Both the position numbers and the translations under genes were made by a program. Positions 38,701 to 63,544 of a stretch of DNA of 64,000 nucleotides are shown here, piece by piece (position 1 is the first letter of the stretch; each line of letters opens with the position of its first letter). The stretch comes from Bugula neritina. Taxonomy: Eukaryota; Animalia; Bryozoa. The notes beneath the pieces are model-generated. The model ran no database searches and was not told the DNA's origin. It saw only the letters and a program-made list of their open reading frames with translations. Location of the stretch: assembly GCA_964035545.1 (NCBI GenBank), contig OZ037769.1, positions 14,166,633 to 14,230,632 of the forward strand, in the 5' to 3' direction.

Positions 38701-41067
38701 AAAAATGTAAAGTGCCATAAACAATAACATGCTTAGGAAGATTTCCAAAGACATAAAGAGAAAACTAAAAGTTTAGCTTTCTCACCCGAAAAAAATCCCA
38801 GCAGAGGAAGCATCGAGTGGAGTAGCAGGTTGTCAAGGAGATATGACAAATTTCTACATGAACACGCATCTTGGTGTGCGACCAACTACAAATAGAGAAG
38901 TTCACAATTCAGCTACAGAAAAAACATTAAAATTCAGACAAGAGTATTAAAACAAAACAAGTAAAATATGATGGTGCAATATAAATATTATTATGGAGAG
39001 AATAAAATATGTTTGAGTACCAGAATGTACATGGGTAGCACTGATGCCAGTTATTATAAGTGTTACTTAAAATAGTTTTTAGTTTATAGCCTAAGTCTAA
39101 AAACTTGATTTTTTGTAAAAATTAAACATATTCCCATCTTAAAGTTAATAAATACCTACTAGTACACTAAATAAACAATTGTAATAACATAATTGTTAGT
39201 ATAATTATTATTAAAATTATTTATTATTCATTTCCGAGTTCATACTTTCAACTTGAACTCAGTTGAGATTAGAAATAAAATTTGACTTACTTACTCTAAA
39301 GTAGATCTGTTACTTTAGGTTTATACCCTAAATGATTATGATTATCATCATCATGCCTCTGGCTGATGGTAATGCTGGTGGTCATAATCAAATTGAAATT
39401 CGATCATTAACATCATGATGATGATCATCATCATGGTGATGGTCATCATCACCATGCTTATTGACCCATTTTTTTCTGTTGTTATTAAAGTAATGGCAAA
39501 CATATTGAGGCAGCAAAAAAGTTCCTCATTTGCTACGTTCTCACATTAAGAGACCGGTATGTTAAATACAGAAATCAATTAATAGATCCGTAAGCCTTAG
39601 GTTTATCAGCTTGCATGTTGATAATATTGTTGCAGTGTTTGGCTAACTGCAGTTCAAAATGGAAACGGGCAAAAGAATAGTTAAGAGCCGTCTGAATTTA
39701 AAAATTATTTTTTCGGGGTACATAAAATGTCTCTCAATATTACAATTTTGTTTTCAGGAACCTAGGTTGAGTTAACAAAATTTCCATGTATGAGTCTGCG
39801 CAATTCGTTTCCGCTTTCTTGTGTTTCCAATGCTTTCAGAGCTTAATTTTCATTTAATTTCATCATTACACTCGCAGTAAATGTAATATTATAAATATAT
39901 ACGTTTAACACTATATATTATATTATCTTGTCTCATTCACTGAACCGAAAAAGACTAGTTTTTAATTCAGTAGTTCCACTGCTTCTGTTGCAATAATTAT
40001 TTTACTGTTTTAGTTTTTGCCTCTTTCTTTTTCTTTTTCAGTTTTTGACTTTGAGTTGGCCTTGCCATCTTGATATTTAGTTTTATTATGCATTAAATTT
40101 AAATTTGAGAATATAATAATAAAATATTAGTAAAATTAAATCACTGGTAGTGGGTCACTTTTAGAAAGATGAAATATAATCTTAGTGCTAAACTAAATAA
40201 AACTTAAATTAATTAAACTTAAAGTTATAGATTAAGTTATACTTACACTTAGTCTTACTTACAGTTACACACTCACAATTATACTGCTACTTATGGTTAA
40301 ACTTAATGACTTAAGTTATTGCTATGCCTTATGTATTATTGACTTTCAATTATTAGGACACCGAGAGTAATTAAAATTAATTATGAGATTGATAACCCTG
40401 TTATAAAGTTAAATATTAAATTGAGATCAAAATGTAATCATTATGATTATGATCATGATGATGAAGTTATGATGATTCAATTTTAGTTTAAAATACATCA
40501 TGATCATGTTATTTTTTAATCATAATTTGAATATATGTTATTTATTTCAATCAATAATTTATTATAATTAATTAATATTATTATAGTTTAATTTTCTATC
40601 ATAACTATTTATAACTTTAGTTTTACTACTGAAAGTACAAAAGTCAATAGCTTTAACTTTAATCTTTACTTTTAAGCAGGGCTTTTAGCTGTAGCTCAAT
40701 CTGACTCTTTGTTGCTGGGGTGTAAACAGTAAAATTAATGAAAATTTGCTAGTGAATTCAACATTCTTGTTCTAAACTTGAAATTTGTTGAACTACTTCA
40801 ATCTTAAAGCTGGAATGTGCCAAATCTGAAATAACATAAACTTGAACTTATTTTTGCACTTGCAGTTACTTTCATAGCGAAAGTCTTGTTTTAAATAGTT
40901 TTGATATCTGTAGTGTGAGTTATTATCATTTATAAAATCACTTAAATTTATGACTTCTCTCTAGTTTGCTATTTGTCTTGCTATCTGCGCTGCTATCCGA
41001 TGTAATCAGATAAAATTATAAGTTAGATATATCGCCTATCTATAAAATATTGGGAATATTTTCTAGT

Positions 41068-44000
41068 ATGGCAACACTTGAAGGCTCCTTATCCAAAGAT
41101 GATGTTGAATCAAATGTGAATACAGCGATTTCATCAGATCAAGGGTCTGATGCAGTTGCTTCTCAAAACCAACCAGGTACCTCCACAAATACTGTCACAT
41201 TAGTCAAAGACGATGACATACCCCAAGATGCTGTGGAAGACAACTCTAAAGCTGAACAACCTGTTCTATATAGTACAGAGAATTTTAAAATAAGAATCGG
41301 CAACATTCACCCTCGGAGTGCCCATAGTGTGAGTAAAATGTCTAAATCCATGTGCAGATTTCTATTTAAGTATGTCTTTTATTAAAATAAACTATCTTTC
41401 AGGAGATGTATTTGAGGCCAATTTGTCCGAAGAATTGCAAATATAACTCTGGATAAAGTATTCGCTTAAAGTCAAAACTCTTTTATATTTTTTCAACTAC
41501 TGACTCACGGTAACACAACATTTCAAAAATACACACTGGCAATTTTTGAAATGTGTATATTCGGAAAATTACCGGTTCACTAGAACATACTCTAGTTTGC
41601 TTTTTGAAACCACCTTTCAGTATAAGCTCTTCTAATAAGAAAATTGCATAATTATAGGTAAAAAGTTATTCAATAACATACACTTTTCTGTAAATATTAT
41701 CGTATTACCATTTTAGTGAACTGAATTTTTGTTTAATAAAGTAACTGTGGTTAATGTACATGTTGCTATAATTTTATTGCAAACACACATGGCTGACTTA
41801 GCTATGAGATGTAACAGAATTCTCTTCTGATCAAATTATATAACATTATTTTAATATATTCTATTGGTTAACCCTTTTAGCAAATCAAACAAAAGTTGAC
41901 ATCTTTGAAGTTGAAGCCAAAGAAAATTAAAAAGATGGACAAGTGTGACTGGGCATTTGCCACATTTTGGTAAGCTGGTAGATTTAAATTCAACATAATT
42001 GAATCACAATATCTTAGCTATGGTGAGCCACATGTGTTGTACATCCTCAATACTGTGCTTATATAGTTGTGAAGAAGATCGGCAGAATGCCATGAAAGTT
42101 CTAGAAGGTTTACAGTGGAGAGGCAAGACTCTTTATGTCAAGGTATCAGTTAGTATACTAATATGATATTAACTGATTATCTATTAGTTAGACTTAGTCC
42201 GCATCAGCCTATATAACTATGTATTGCAGAGGGGGTGTCTATCCTGCCCTCTGGTGGCAGAACTCTTAGTCTATGTATTGTATGCCTCACTAGAGAAACT
42301 AATAAATAACTCACACAAGTTTATAGTTGCTATCTCCATGAGAAACCCCTGATGGAAGGGTTTTTTGTTAAATCAGGCTAAGAACTTATTCAGATGAGGC
42401 ACAAGAGCAATTATGACTGAATGCTCTTCCTAACATCACCAATGGCTTTTTCGGGTTTCGAACCCATGACTTCTTGTTTACTAGGCAAACACTCTTACCC
42501 CTAGACCACGGCTGTTCCCTTAGACGAACTAGTGAATGCTTCATGATAAGACAACTCTAGTAGGTGTATGTACTACATACTGGTATTTTCTAATCGACCA
42601 TCATCGAAATGTCTTGTTTGAGCTAAAGCTTCAATTATAAAGTTTTACACTAAAAAATTGTCATTTCTGTTACATAATTTTTTATTCAAATTCTCTCTTG
42701 AGTTTTCTGTTCAACAACTCAATCAGTTATAATCAGGTATAATAGTATGATGTGAATTGTAATTGCTGCTGCTGCCCCTTATGGCCGTCTCTCAGTGCAC
42801 CTCCTTCAAATTGATGATAAATTGAACTGTTTCATGCGATGTGTTTTACAGAAGGCTGAAGCAGCTACTGATCCTCTGTTAAACCGGAAAAGGCGGGCTG
42901 GTAGGTATACCCCACCTTCTTCTGTAGTTTAGGTACACAGTCTACTGTAGGTTTAGGAGTTGTCATCTCTATTCTGGACATAGTGTATAGCTGAGGTTTG
43001 ATCACACTTCGGGGCTTTTCCTAAAAATTATGGCTGGTTTTAGTAAAGTGCTCTTTCTTTCCTTTCGTAGTATAAGTATTAGTTTTCTAGAGATACTTTC
43101 TACATGCACACATTTTACACCTGTCGGCAGATCTCTGTTGAAAACTGCTGCCGTCTGAATATATCCAATGTTATGATTCCAGTTCTGTGTCAGCCAGTGT
43201 TTTCGAGAAATATGTCTGAGTATAAACTTTTCTAGTTGTGTTCTGATTGTATTATGCAGATGAGTCACATGATGCTGGGGTTGCTAAGCAACAGAAAGTT
43301 ATACTCACAGCTGATGAGTACAGGGAGAAGCTGCTGAGCAAAACGTGTCCGCTATGGAGCATGAGCTATGATGAACAGCTCAAGGTCTCGTATAGTATTT
43401 ATATAATATATATCCTTATATATTATATGTATAATATAGTCTCATTTATTATAAAATCTTATGCAATGAAATAAAACTGTCTTATAGTTCAATGATCTCA
43501 TGTATTCCTATATTATATTATACATATATATTATTGTATATTTTTATACATTATATAGTCCTATTTATTATATAGTCTTACATATTATATATTATATGAT
43601 ATTATATATTAGTCTTATATATTATGTTATTGTCTTATATATTGTATAGCTTTATATATTATATAGTCCTATGTATTATGTAGTCCTATACATTATACAG
43701 TCTTACAAATTCTATTATATATGGTGTTGCTAAATGACTATACAGCTGTCAAGTTGAATGTTACTACTTCTTCTGATATTTTATTCACTGCAGAGCTACA
43801 CACTTATCTTACTGCCCAACTTTCATGAGTTATCAGTCCTTGCGGTTTTTGACATGAAAAACGTAATGATAGAAGGATGTGGTATGGATCCTGATGTGAT
43901 AATTTGCTATACATTTCCAGCACAAAGAAGATAAAATAAAGAATATATTATCAAGTTTGAAAGAAGCAATGATGAAGGCATACAAAGACTCGAAGTTACC

Positions 44001-47000
44001 AAAGTCTGAATACCCCAATACCGATTATAAAGATCTGTTACTGCCCATCAAACCTTCTGTATGTATACCAGACGTCTTGTAGTAAACTAGTTCCCCTCTG
44101 TATGTATACCACATGCCTAGTAGTAAACTAGTTCCCTTCTGTATGTATACCACATGTCTAGTAGTAAACTAGTGTGTATACCACATGTCTTGTAGTAAAC
44201 TAGTTCCCTTCTGTGTGTATACCACATGTCTTGTAGTAAACTAGTTCCCTTCTGTATGTATACCACATGTCTTGTAGTAAACTAGTTCCCCTCTGTATGT
44301 ATACCACATGTCTAGTAGTAAACTAGTTCCCCTCTGTATGTATACCACATGTCTAGTAGTAAACTAGTTCCCTTCTGTGTGTATACCACATGTCCAGTAG
44401 TAAACTAGTTCTCTTCTGTGTGTATACCACATGTCTAGTAGTAAACTAGTTCCCCTCTGTATGTATACCACATATCTGGTAGTAAACTAGTTCCCTTCAG
44501 TGTGTATACCATATGTCTAGCGGTAACTTCTAATTGAATAGTTTCTGTTTACTGGTGTTAACCCCTCCCCTTTCCTACCAAGTCAATCGTTTTTGCTGTT
44601 CATTTTCACTCCCAGTCTGATATTAATATTATGTTAATATTCTGTAGCCTCAAACAGACGGCTACAGAAATAAATGTGAGTTTACTGTGGGACGCCACCC
44701 TATATCTGATGGTATGTTTGTTTTCATCCTAAACTATTAATCTAAGTTTGTCAACACTCCTTGTTGAGATGTACTACACACTGTCGGTAATCTGAGTAAA
44801 TTTATCCATGCCGTTTTTCAGTCAACCATAAGTAGGCTAAGTTTTATCATTAGCTATTGCTGCTACTTAATCTTTAACGTATTGGTCTTCTCTTTTCTAA
44901 GCAGCTTCTACTGCCTATTGTAAGCTGAGGCAAAACTTCTATCTCTACTAAAACTTTAAGAAGATGGTGTTTTCCGAGTTGTAGTTATCATCTCATGATA
45001 GTGTTGGCTAAAACCATGCTAAGCCACTGTTGGCTACATTCATTATGATTTTCTTTTTTGCAGAAGTGACAGTTGGGTACAGACTAGGAGAGTACCGGGA
45101 AGGGACGGTAGCGGTCCTCGAACCAACACACTCTCCAAACACCTCTCAGGCTATGAAGGACGTGGCTTCCAGTTTCCAAGACTTTGTGAGACAGTCAGCG
45201 TACGCGCCCTTTGACCCCGTCAGTCAGCAAGGTCACTGGGTGTGGCTGCTGGTGAGAGAAACGACCCTCGGCGGTCTCATGGTGATGCCGACGTTCGTTG
45301 GAGAAGGGCTGACCCAGGTGGGTGCTGCCTTTTAGTAAACATTGTGTAGATTGCGTCTGCTGTCGGCAGCAAGACTGGTATATGAACTCGAGTGACTAGA
45401 CTCTAAACATACTCCGACGTGTGATTAGACTCTAGATTGTGAAAATAGTGATAGGCAAACTCGCTGACTAGCTCTAATATAGGCTTACTCCAATGTGTAA
45501 TTAGATAGATTCCAGGTGGTGAAAATTAGATGTTCAATAGTAGTTCTTCAACTTGGTTTGTGTCTCAACTTATACTGGGAGAGTCTTAGCTATAGCTGTG
45601 GGGGTTACCAGTCTAGGCTTTGTCTAAAACTACAAATGGATTATTGAGTAGTCATTAGTTTTGGGACTTCTTATTGTGAATGCATTTGTTTGCTAGGGGT
45701 GAGAATTCATGTTTCTTGCTGATTTTCTCACAAATAATTTTAATTTCTAATGACGTTTTAAATATTCTAAATAATTTTAGAAGCTTTTTTTCTTTATAAA
45801 CATCAAATTAATCCATCATTATAATTATTTTATTTATTTGATGAAAATCTCAAGGCTTCTGTATAATATGTGCATTTTTTGCACACGTATCTGAGTAATA
45901 GCCTATTTATGCTAGATTTGTTTGTATATTTAGTATTTTATTTCTACATTCTGTAACTTTTTTCTCTAGGAAGAACTAGAAGGTGTAAAATCCAACATTC
46001 TTAAATATTACACAGAAGGGGACGGCAAGAGTTTTAATGTGACGTCTCTCTACATCAATATTAGCCCCAGGCAGTAAGTAGTGGTTAGTAGGAGTTGTCA
46101 TAACCTGTTTTTCCTGATCACGCATTGTACAAACAACTTAAATGTGTTTTGTTATTCAACGTAGTGAATTATTTTATTTGTTTGAAATCGTTCTCCAAAC
46201 TGATGTACCTTCAAAGTCAATCTTTAGTTTGCCTTCTATAATAATAATCATTAAATAATTCAAGTTATGTTTTTTGTAATTTGAAGTAAATCTATCATAA
46301 AAGTGTTTTTATTAATTAAGTTTTACTTTTTCATGACACCGTATTATATATCTGGGTGGTTGCAGCTTTCATATGACTTTAAATACTTTTGTTACTCAAC
46401 AATAAATATTATCACCACAGCAGCTTCAATATAACAAGTCTTTATAGATTTTTAATTATTTCTGTTTATAGGAAGAAGAGTGAAACAGAGACTGCCCCAC
46501 CCGTACATCTATATGGTGATGAGGTAAAACATGCGCTACATACAACATCCTATTTAGTCTGTGTTCTTTCTTCTTCAAACTTGAATCTGTTTTTCCGTTC
46601 TCGTTAGAGTTTTCTACTCTTGTGCAGTTTGCTCACACATCAGTGTAGTATTTGTCACGGGTTGAAATATTGTTTAAATTCTTTCTAAACGTTTTGTTTG
46701 TTTATTAACAGCTAGTTTGCGGGGCTCCAAGACAGCTCCTCAGTTGTGCTATACATTTGGGTGCTAGAACTGGGGCTATGTGATAATGCACCTAGTTTGG
46801 TATATTTTAGACTATAGAAGAACAGTTGCTGGGTTTAAAGTTTCAAATATCTCCTTCGGCCTTTTTTCAAGGTAATTCTATGTTTTAATATTGATATTTT
46901 TCCAACTAATAAATCTTTTTCTCTTCAATACACTTACAGTCACTATACCTGTAAGAATTCCTTATGGAAATGGTTTTGTTTTTAAAGTTTTCTTAGTAAC

Positions 47001-49937
47001 TATTTTTATGTAGCAAAGGAGCAATTATGACTGGAAGCTCTTCGTACAACTCTGCTGGTGTGTTCACTCAAACCCCTGACCTCTGGTTAACTAGGCCAAT
47101 ACCAATGAAATGTTGAATGACACTAAAATATTCTCCCAATGGTCACCTTTATGCAAAAATAGCCAAAATTCAAGCATTTAATTTTTTCAGTAGCCTCAGT
47201 GGGGTTTTATCTCAATGATAGACCCGGTACCATGTTTGTTTATTAGTTTACCTCAACTTACCTCTGATATACTGAGTAACTTGTTGTGTAGTGAACAAAG
47301 AAGGAGCTGAGGTTCTGTACAGCGCTATCTCTGAGTTTGCGGGGCTCACAGACGACTCCTCAACTGTACTGGATGTGTGCTGTGGAACTGGAACTATAGG
47401 AATGCTCTTGGCATCTGTGAGTGGATTTTACAAAATTATAAACTGTTTCAGGAAATATTTGGTTATTGGATTATATATCATTATTGTATTAGCATAATAT
47501 TTTTATTTCATTTATATATATTATCTTTTATTAGCATACTATGTTGTATTTTTAGATTTTATTTTATTAATATAATAATTTATTATATTTTAGGTATAAT
47601 ATATAATATAATGCTATTAAAAATTTCACCTGCCGTGTGGAATATGGTATAAGTAACAATTATTATGGTTAGTGGTATTGTTTAATAAAAACTGCAATCA
47701 TGTTTCTTTCAATATTAACTATAAGAAAAGGTCTTATTGTATAGCTCAATGTGCCTGTATATATTATATAATTATCTGTTCTTTTATCTCAGTTTTGTTA
47801 TCTGAACACTATTACTATAATCTAATGAATATTATAGCACGCTAAAAAGGTGATAGGAATAGAGCTGGTACCTCAGGCTGTGTCAGATGCCGAGAAGAAC
47901 GCTAAGCTAAACGGTGTGTTTATATTACTTTTATTCTTGTATTTTGCCTGGATATTTCTTTGTCAGGATTTATTTTGAACTTTATATGTTTAGATATGAT
48001 CTGTGTTATGAATGGTTACTATGTATTACTGCTAGTTTAAGTAGTCGAATTCCTGTAGGTGTAGAAAATATCAGCTTCAAATGTGGAAGGGCGGAGTCAG
48101 TACTCCCCGAACTTATGAACTCTATGAGAAGTGAAGAGCCACTGGCTATAGTAGATCCACCTCGAGCTGGGCTGAGTAAGGATTGTGTTTCTCTATTTTA
48201 TATTTCTGTTTGATTTATTCTTCAATATTGACATGTTGTTTGTATACGTGTATCTTAGTCTTCTCTCTCTCTCTCTGCTTCTGGTTTTAATCATGGTAAT
48301 ATGTGCCATACCATGCTGTTACTACACTATTACTATACTATTACTACACTATTACTATGCTATTACTACACTATTACTATGCTATTACTACACTATTACT
48401 ACACTATTACTATACTATTACTACGCTATTACTACACTATTACTACACTATTACTACACTATTACTACACTATTACTACACTAATACTACACTATTGCTA
48501 CATTATTACTACACTGTTACTACACTATTACTACGCTGTTACTACGCTATTACTACGCTATTACTATACTATTACTACACTATTACTATGTTATTACTAC
48601 ACTATTACTCCACTATTACTACGCTATTACTACACTGTTACTACACTATTACTACACTATTACTACGCTATTAGTACACTATTCTACACTATTACTATGC
48701 TATTACTACACTATTATTACACTATTACTACACTATTACTACACTATTACTATGCTATTACTACACTATTGCTACATTATTACTACACTACAATACTGTT
48801 ACTACACTGTTTATGTTTCTAGTTGGAAAAATATTTTGTAGTTTTGCTGTTCATTTACTTTCAACTCAATAAGTATAGTAGAAGACTATGTGTCGTATCT
48901 TATATCTTGACCCAGATTTACTGACTACTAAGTGTTGCACTTTCTGATTTCCTTCAGTAACATTCTATGCATTGAAATATCATGTGATACTATGCAACCA
49001 TTTGGTGCTATCTGATTGGTCTATTCTGTAGACCGAGAAGTCCTCTCAGCGTTACGGAAAAGTCCGTCTCTCACCAAGTTAGTCTATGTGTCTTGTGAAC
49101 CTCGCAGTGCACTGAAGAACTTTGTAGAGTGAGTATGTGGTACATATCAGTAAAGTGATAACAATGCAGTTTGGGAAACGTAGTCTAATTGACATGCTTT
49201 TATGATGTGATCCTGCTTTTATAATACCTGTGTGTTGTGTGAATGTGGAACACACTTCTAATGCCATTTACATGTTCTATGCAATATTATATTATATATT
49301 AAATAGTTTAAATGACATACTTTTAATTAGTGATTCCAATTTTATAATTGTTTTCAAACTGGGAATTCTATCTTCGTAATACGAGGGCGATTTGAAAAGT
49401 TAAGATGATTTTTTTATAACACAAATTGCGGTTGTGACATATGCCTTATTCTTAGGACTATGTTCTTTTGGGTTTTTTACACTGTAATTATTTTGATAGT
49501 TTTGATGCAATTTTTAGAGTAAATTAATATGGCAGCTAGCCCTCTATGTTGTATGGCTGCGAGATACATTTTCATTCGCCTTTGCCTGCTATATGTATAT
49601 AACAATACTTCCGTTTCTACTGATACCTTCACATTCTGCTACCGTTATATCTCACATACTGATAACAGTGGATTCAGTGCGTATGCTCTGTTACTAGTTC
49701 ATGCGTTTATTACATGTACCTAATATATAGCATAACACAGCTTTCTATTTCCCTGCTGAGTATAATATCTGTATACTGAATGCATGTAGGTTGATGAGAC
49801 CTCCTTCTAAGAGATGGAGAGGAGATCCATTCAAACTAGTCAAGTTACTTCCTGTAGACATGTTTCCTTTCTCCCAACAATGCGAACTGGTACTTCTCTT
49901 TGAGAGAGAGCCCCCTACTTCCCAGGATTCTGGATGA
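41068..49937 (+). CDS. TRMT2A: tRNA (uracil-5-)-methyltransferase homolog A
   Basis: Exons 41068-41328, 41881-41969, 42067-42142, 42852-42900, 43260-43384, 43921-44058, 44648-44711, 45064-45317, 45970-46073, 46472-46523, 46811-46871, 47292-47416, 47838-47913, 48059-48175, 49032-49128, 49790-49937 (TGA). Motifs: N-terminal RRM, PLW..YDEQL, GYRNKCEF, ISPSAFFQVN, LDVCCGTGTIG, IVDPPRAGL, LVYVSC, VDMFP...CE. AATAAA at ~50130. Confidence 0.95.
42245..42259 (-). promoter_or_regulatory. CTCF-like motif (TGCCACCAGAGGGCA)
   Basis: Matches the CCASYAGRKGGCR core; motif match only. Confidence 0.35.
42340..42514 (-). mobile_element. tRNA-derived SINE
   Basis: Minus-strand head CAGCCGTGGTCTAGGGGTAAG (A box)...GGGTTCGAAACCCG (B box), followed by a core GGAAGAGCATTCAGTCATAATTGCTC. 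A degenerate second copy lies at ~46953-47102. Confidence 0.65.
44053..44520. repeat. 41-bp minisatellite copying the TRMT2A exon 6 donor junction
   Basis: Unit CCTTCT|GTATGTATACCACATGTCTAGTAGTAAACTAGTTC, about 11 copies; the first copy is the true junction 44058/44059. Confidence 0.95.
46953..47102 (-). mobile_element. Degenerate SINE copy
   Basis: Shares GAGCAATTATGACTG.A.GCTCTTC and the downstream tRNA-like segment with 42340-42514. Confidence 0.45.
48318..48810. repeat. 12-bp minisatellite (ACTATTACTACA-type)
   Basis: Directly visible. Confidence 0.95.
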
Positions 49938-50954
49938 AAACTCTGGCTAATTTTTGTCTAAGGATGTTTAGCAGCTTTCCACGAAAAAGATTTTAAATTT
50001 CGGTAATTTTAATATAAGATTAATGTAAAGCAATGCTGTGTATATAAAGCTGAAATGATTGTAATCTTTATATTGTATATATTCATTATCATTATGGTAT
50101 TAATGGTTCTTTTTACGTGTTCTTCTATGAATAAAATATATATAATTCTATAATTTGCCGTTTACTATTACTGCATAACTAGATACACAACCTGTTTGTG
50201 GGATCATTTAGGTCAACTCCTTGAAAACAGTAGCATTTTTCGAGTAAAAGGACAAAGATTGTAATTATTTTGACAACACAATATTTTTCCTGGCCTGTGT
50301 TTTTTACATGATGTTGAAATTATTGCTCTATGAGTAATATTTTTGAAAAAATATCAATATATCATTAATGTTAAAGTGTTAGAGCTTGCATTTCATATAA
50401 TTATTAGGACATTTTAACAAACACAATTATGAAACCACACAAAATCCAACTATTTAATAGTATACATTCTATAACTTTGCATCACAGAGTATAACATAAT
50501 TATGATAATATTGAGAGAGAGTAGTATAAACAGCTTCCTTCAGCAAATGAGAGATTCAAAGTGAGCTGAGAGTCAGTTTGATTGTTGAGCTGGTTGTATG
50601 ACACAACGTAATGAAAAATACCCTCATTGTTGTCATTATGTTACATTATTCTGAAGTACTGAATAAAAAATACGCTTAGTGTAATCAAATTAGTGCGTGT
50701 CTGTTTATAGTTATCTTAGCTATATTGAGATTCTACAAAGAAAAGCTAACAGCCAGTGCTAACTGAAAGACCTCTGGCATTTGGCAATAGTTGGTGCTAG
50801 TGGACTAGTTGCAATTTTAAGAGAGCAAATATAAGTGATCGAAGCATTTATATTAATTACATTGTTTCTTTGTTGTGGAATACAAATGTTCGTATGTTTT
50901 GTATTGTTTATGATGAGATTATTTAAGTTTTGAATTGCAATTGTAGTCTTGCCG

Positions 50955-51238
50955 ATGTCACCCAGTATCAAACCATGTCATCCAGTGTCAAATCATGTCA
51001 CCCAGTGTCAAATCATGTCATCCAGTATCAAACCATGTCACCCAGTGTCAAATCATGTCACCCAGTGTCAAATCATGTCACCCAGTATCAAATCATGTCA
51101 CCCAGTGTCAAATCATGTCACCCAGTATCAAATCATGTCACCCAGTGTCAAGTCATGTCAATCAGTGTCAAATCATGTCAATCAGTGTCAAATGGTGTCA
51201 AATGATGTCAACCAGTGTCAAATGATGGCAACCAGTGT
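50955..51238. repeat. 20-bp minisatellite (ATGTCACCCAGTGTCAAATC)
   Basis: About 14 copies, intergenic. Confidence 0.95.
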
Positions 51239-51883
51239 AATTGTTAGAATAATAATATAATAAAGGACACCAGGGCAGATTCATTGCCCAAATCACAGCC
51301 TAGTTCACTCTGGATATTTATCGGTTGCCAAGTTACAGGAACATTACTCCCAACTATTACTTTAATATACCTACTCACTAGAGAACTCAAATGCTTATAG
51401 TTGGCACAGTGTTTGTGTTACAATTATAACTTGCATTTTCTAGGTTTTGCCTAATTGTTCACAGTAATGGTCTTTGTATGTAACTGTATATACTCGTAAT
51501 AAAGTTAAATATATTACTCAAATGTATAACTATATTTATTATAAATTAAATAAATTGATTTTAAAAATAGTCATTCATTTTAATGTGGGAGGGTGTGGCT
51601 TAGGGAAAAACATGCAGCAAGAGAGTACTGAGAGTTGTCAGCTTTTGAATGTAAAGCATTTTGCCATGGGAGTTATTGTACCATGTGAAGGAATAGAGAA
51701 AACTAATTACATAATACTAAAATTAAAAGAAATTTATTATTAATGTTTTATTGTAGTTAATTTCTTTCTTACAATATTATGCAGTAATCTCATTTTTTTA
51801 GTTATAAGTTGAGCTGAGAATCAATTTTTGTGATTAGTCATTTGCTTTTCTTGAGCTTGCAGATAACTTGTAAATAATAATAT

Positions 51884-52193
51884 TGTAATAGAGCGTGTAG
51901 TATGCGTTCCCACGTGCTCCCCAGCCAATCACATACATATCATGTGAGATCCCCAGCGATGCACAGGGGGCGCCAGACGTTAGCTAGCAGTCATAGCCGA
52001 GTGAATAGATAGTTATTGTAGAATAGATGTATTCTTATTGCTGTGATACTGGATGTATCGGTTTACTACTAATCTATTTATTGTAAATAAAGTCATTCTT
52101 ATCTGTAACAAGCCGTGATAATATTATTTGAGGATAACGGAAACACAGTGCTCACTAGAAACCCACAAAGTAATAATTCTAAGAATTACAACA
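51884..52193 (+). mobile_element. Probable solo LTR
   Basis: TGTAAT...ACAACA ends, flanked by ATAT/ATAT. GC-richer 5' part; AATAAA at ~52086. Confidence 0.55.
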
Positions 52194-52775
52194 ATATTTG
52201 TTTTTTTTTATATTCAGTACAAATTTTCCAAACTATGTTCTAGATTTTTAAATTTTGTGAAGTTGTAAATAACAACCAATCATAAGAATTTTTTTGAAAT
52301 TATAAATTTCAATTTTATTTTTTCAAAACCAAAGCTTTAAAAATGTTTGATAAACATAATCTATAATTATAGAAATTGCGAATAAAATTATATGAATAAT
52401 ACATTTTAGCCATCTACATAAAATGTTGAAGCATGCATAAAACAGAAAATATATTTTTAAAGACTCAAAATTATACCCATAATGAAAGTTTATAAACTAT
52501 TATAATGAATAATTCAAAGATAAGTAGAAATGAAGATATTTAATTGAAAAACCACTATTATATAAAGTTCATATCATAGAAGTATTATCTAAAACCTAAA
52601 AGCATTTAATGTAAGAGCGTGTAAAACACACTTGATAGATTTTGGTTGTGTGTATGTTTTGTAATTGCATGTAATTACTACAGCTGCCTAGAGCACATTT
52701 TAACTAATAACCAATAATTGTGATGAAAATGTGTATTCTATATATATGAATACTATTGATTTTTATATGAAGCAT

Positions 52776-63544
<10,769 letters not shown>

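Noticed and set aside
42440-42514. tRNA gene
   Set aside because: A and B boxes are present but no clean acceptor stem; it continues into a repeated core, so it is a SINE head.
48185-48822. YYYT/TTLL-rich ORFs (also 50930-51260, 21887-22195, 26932-27147)
   Set aside because: Translations of minisatellites lying in introns or intergenic DNA.
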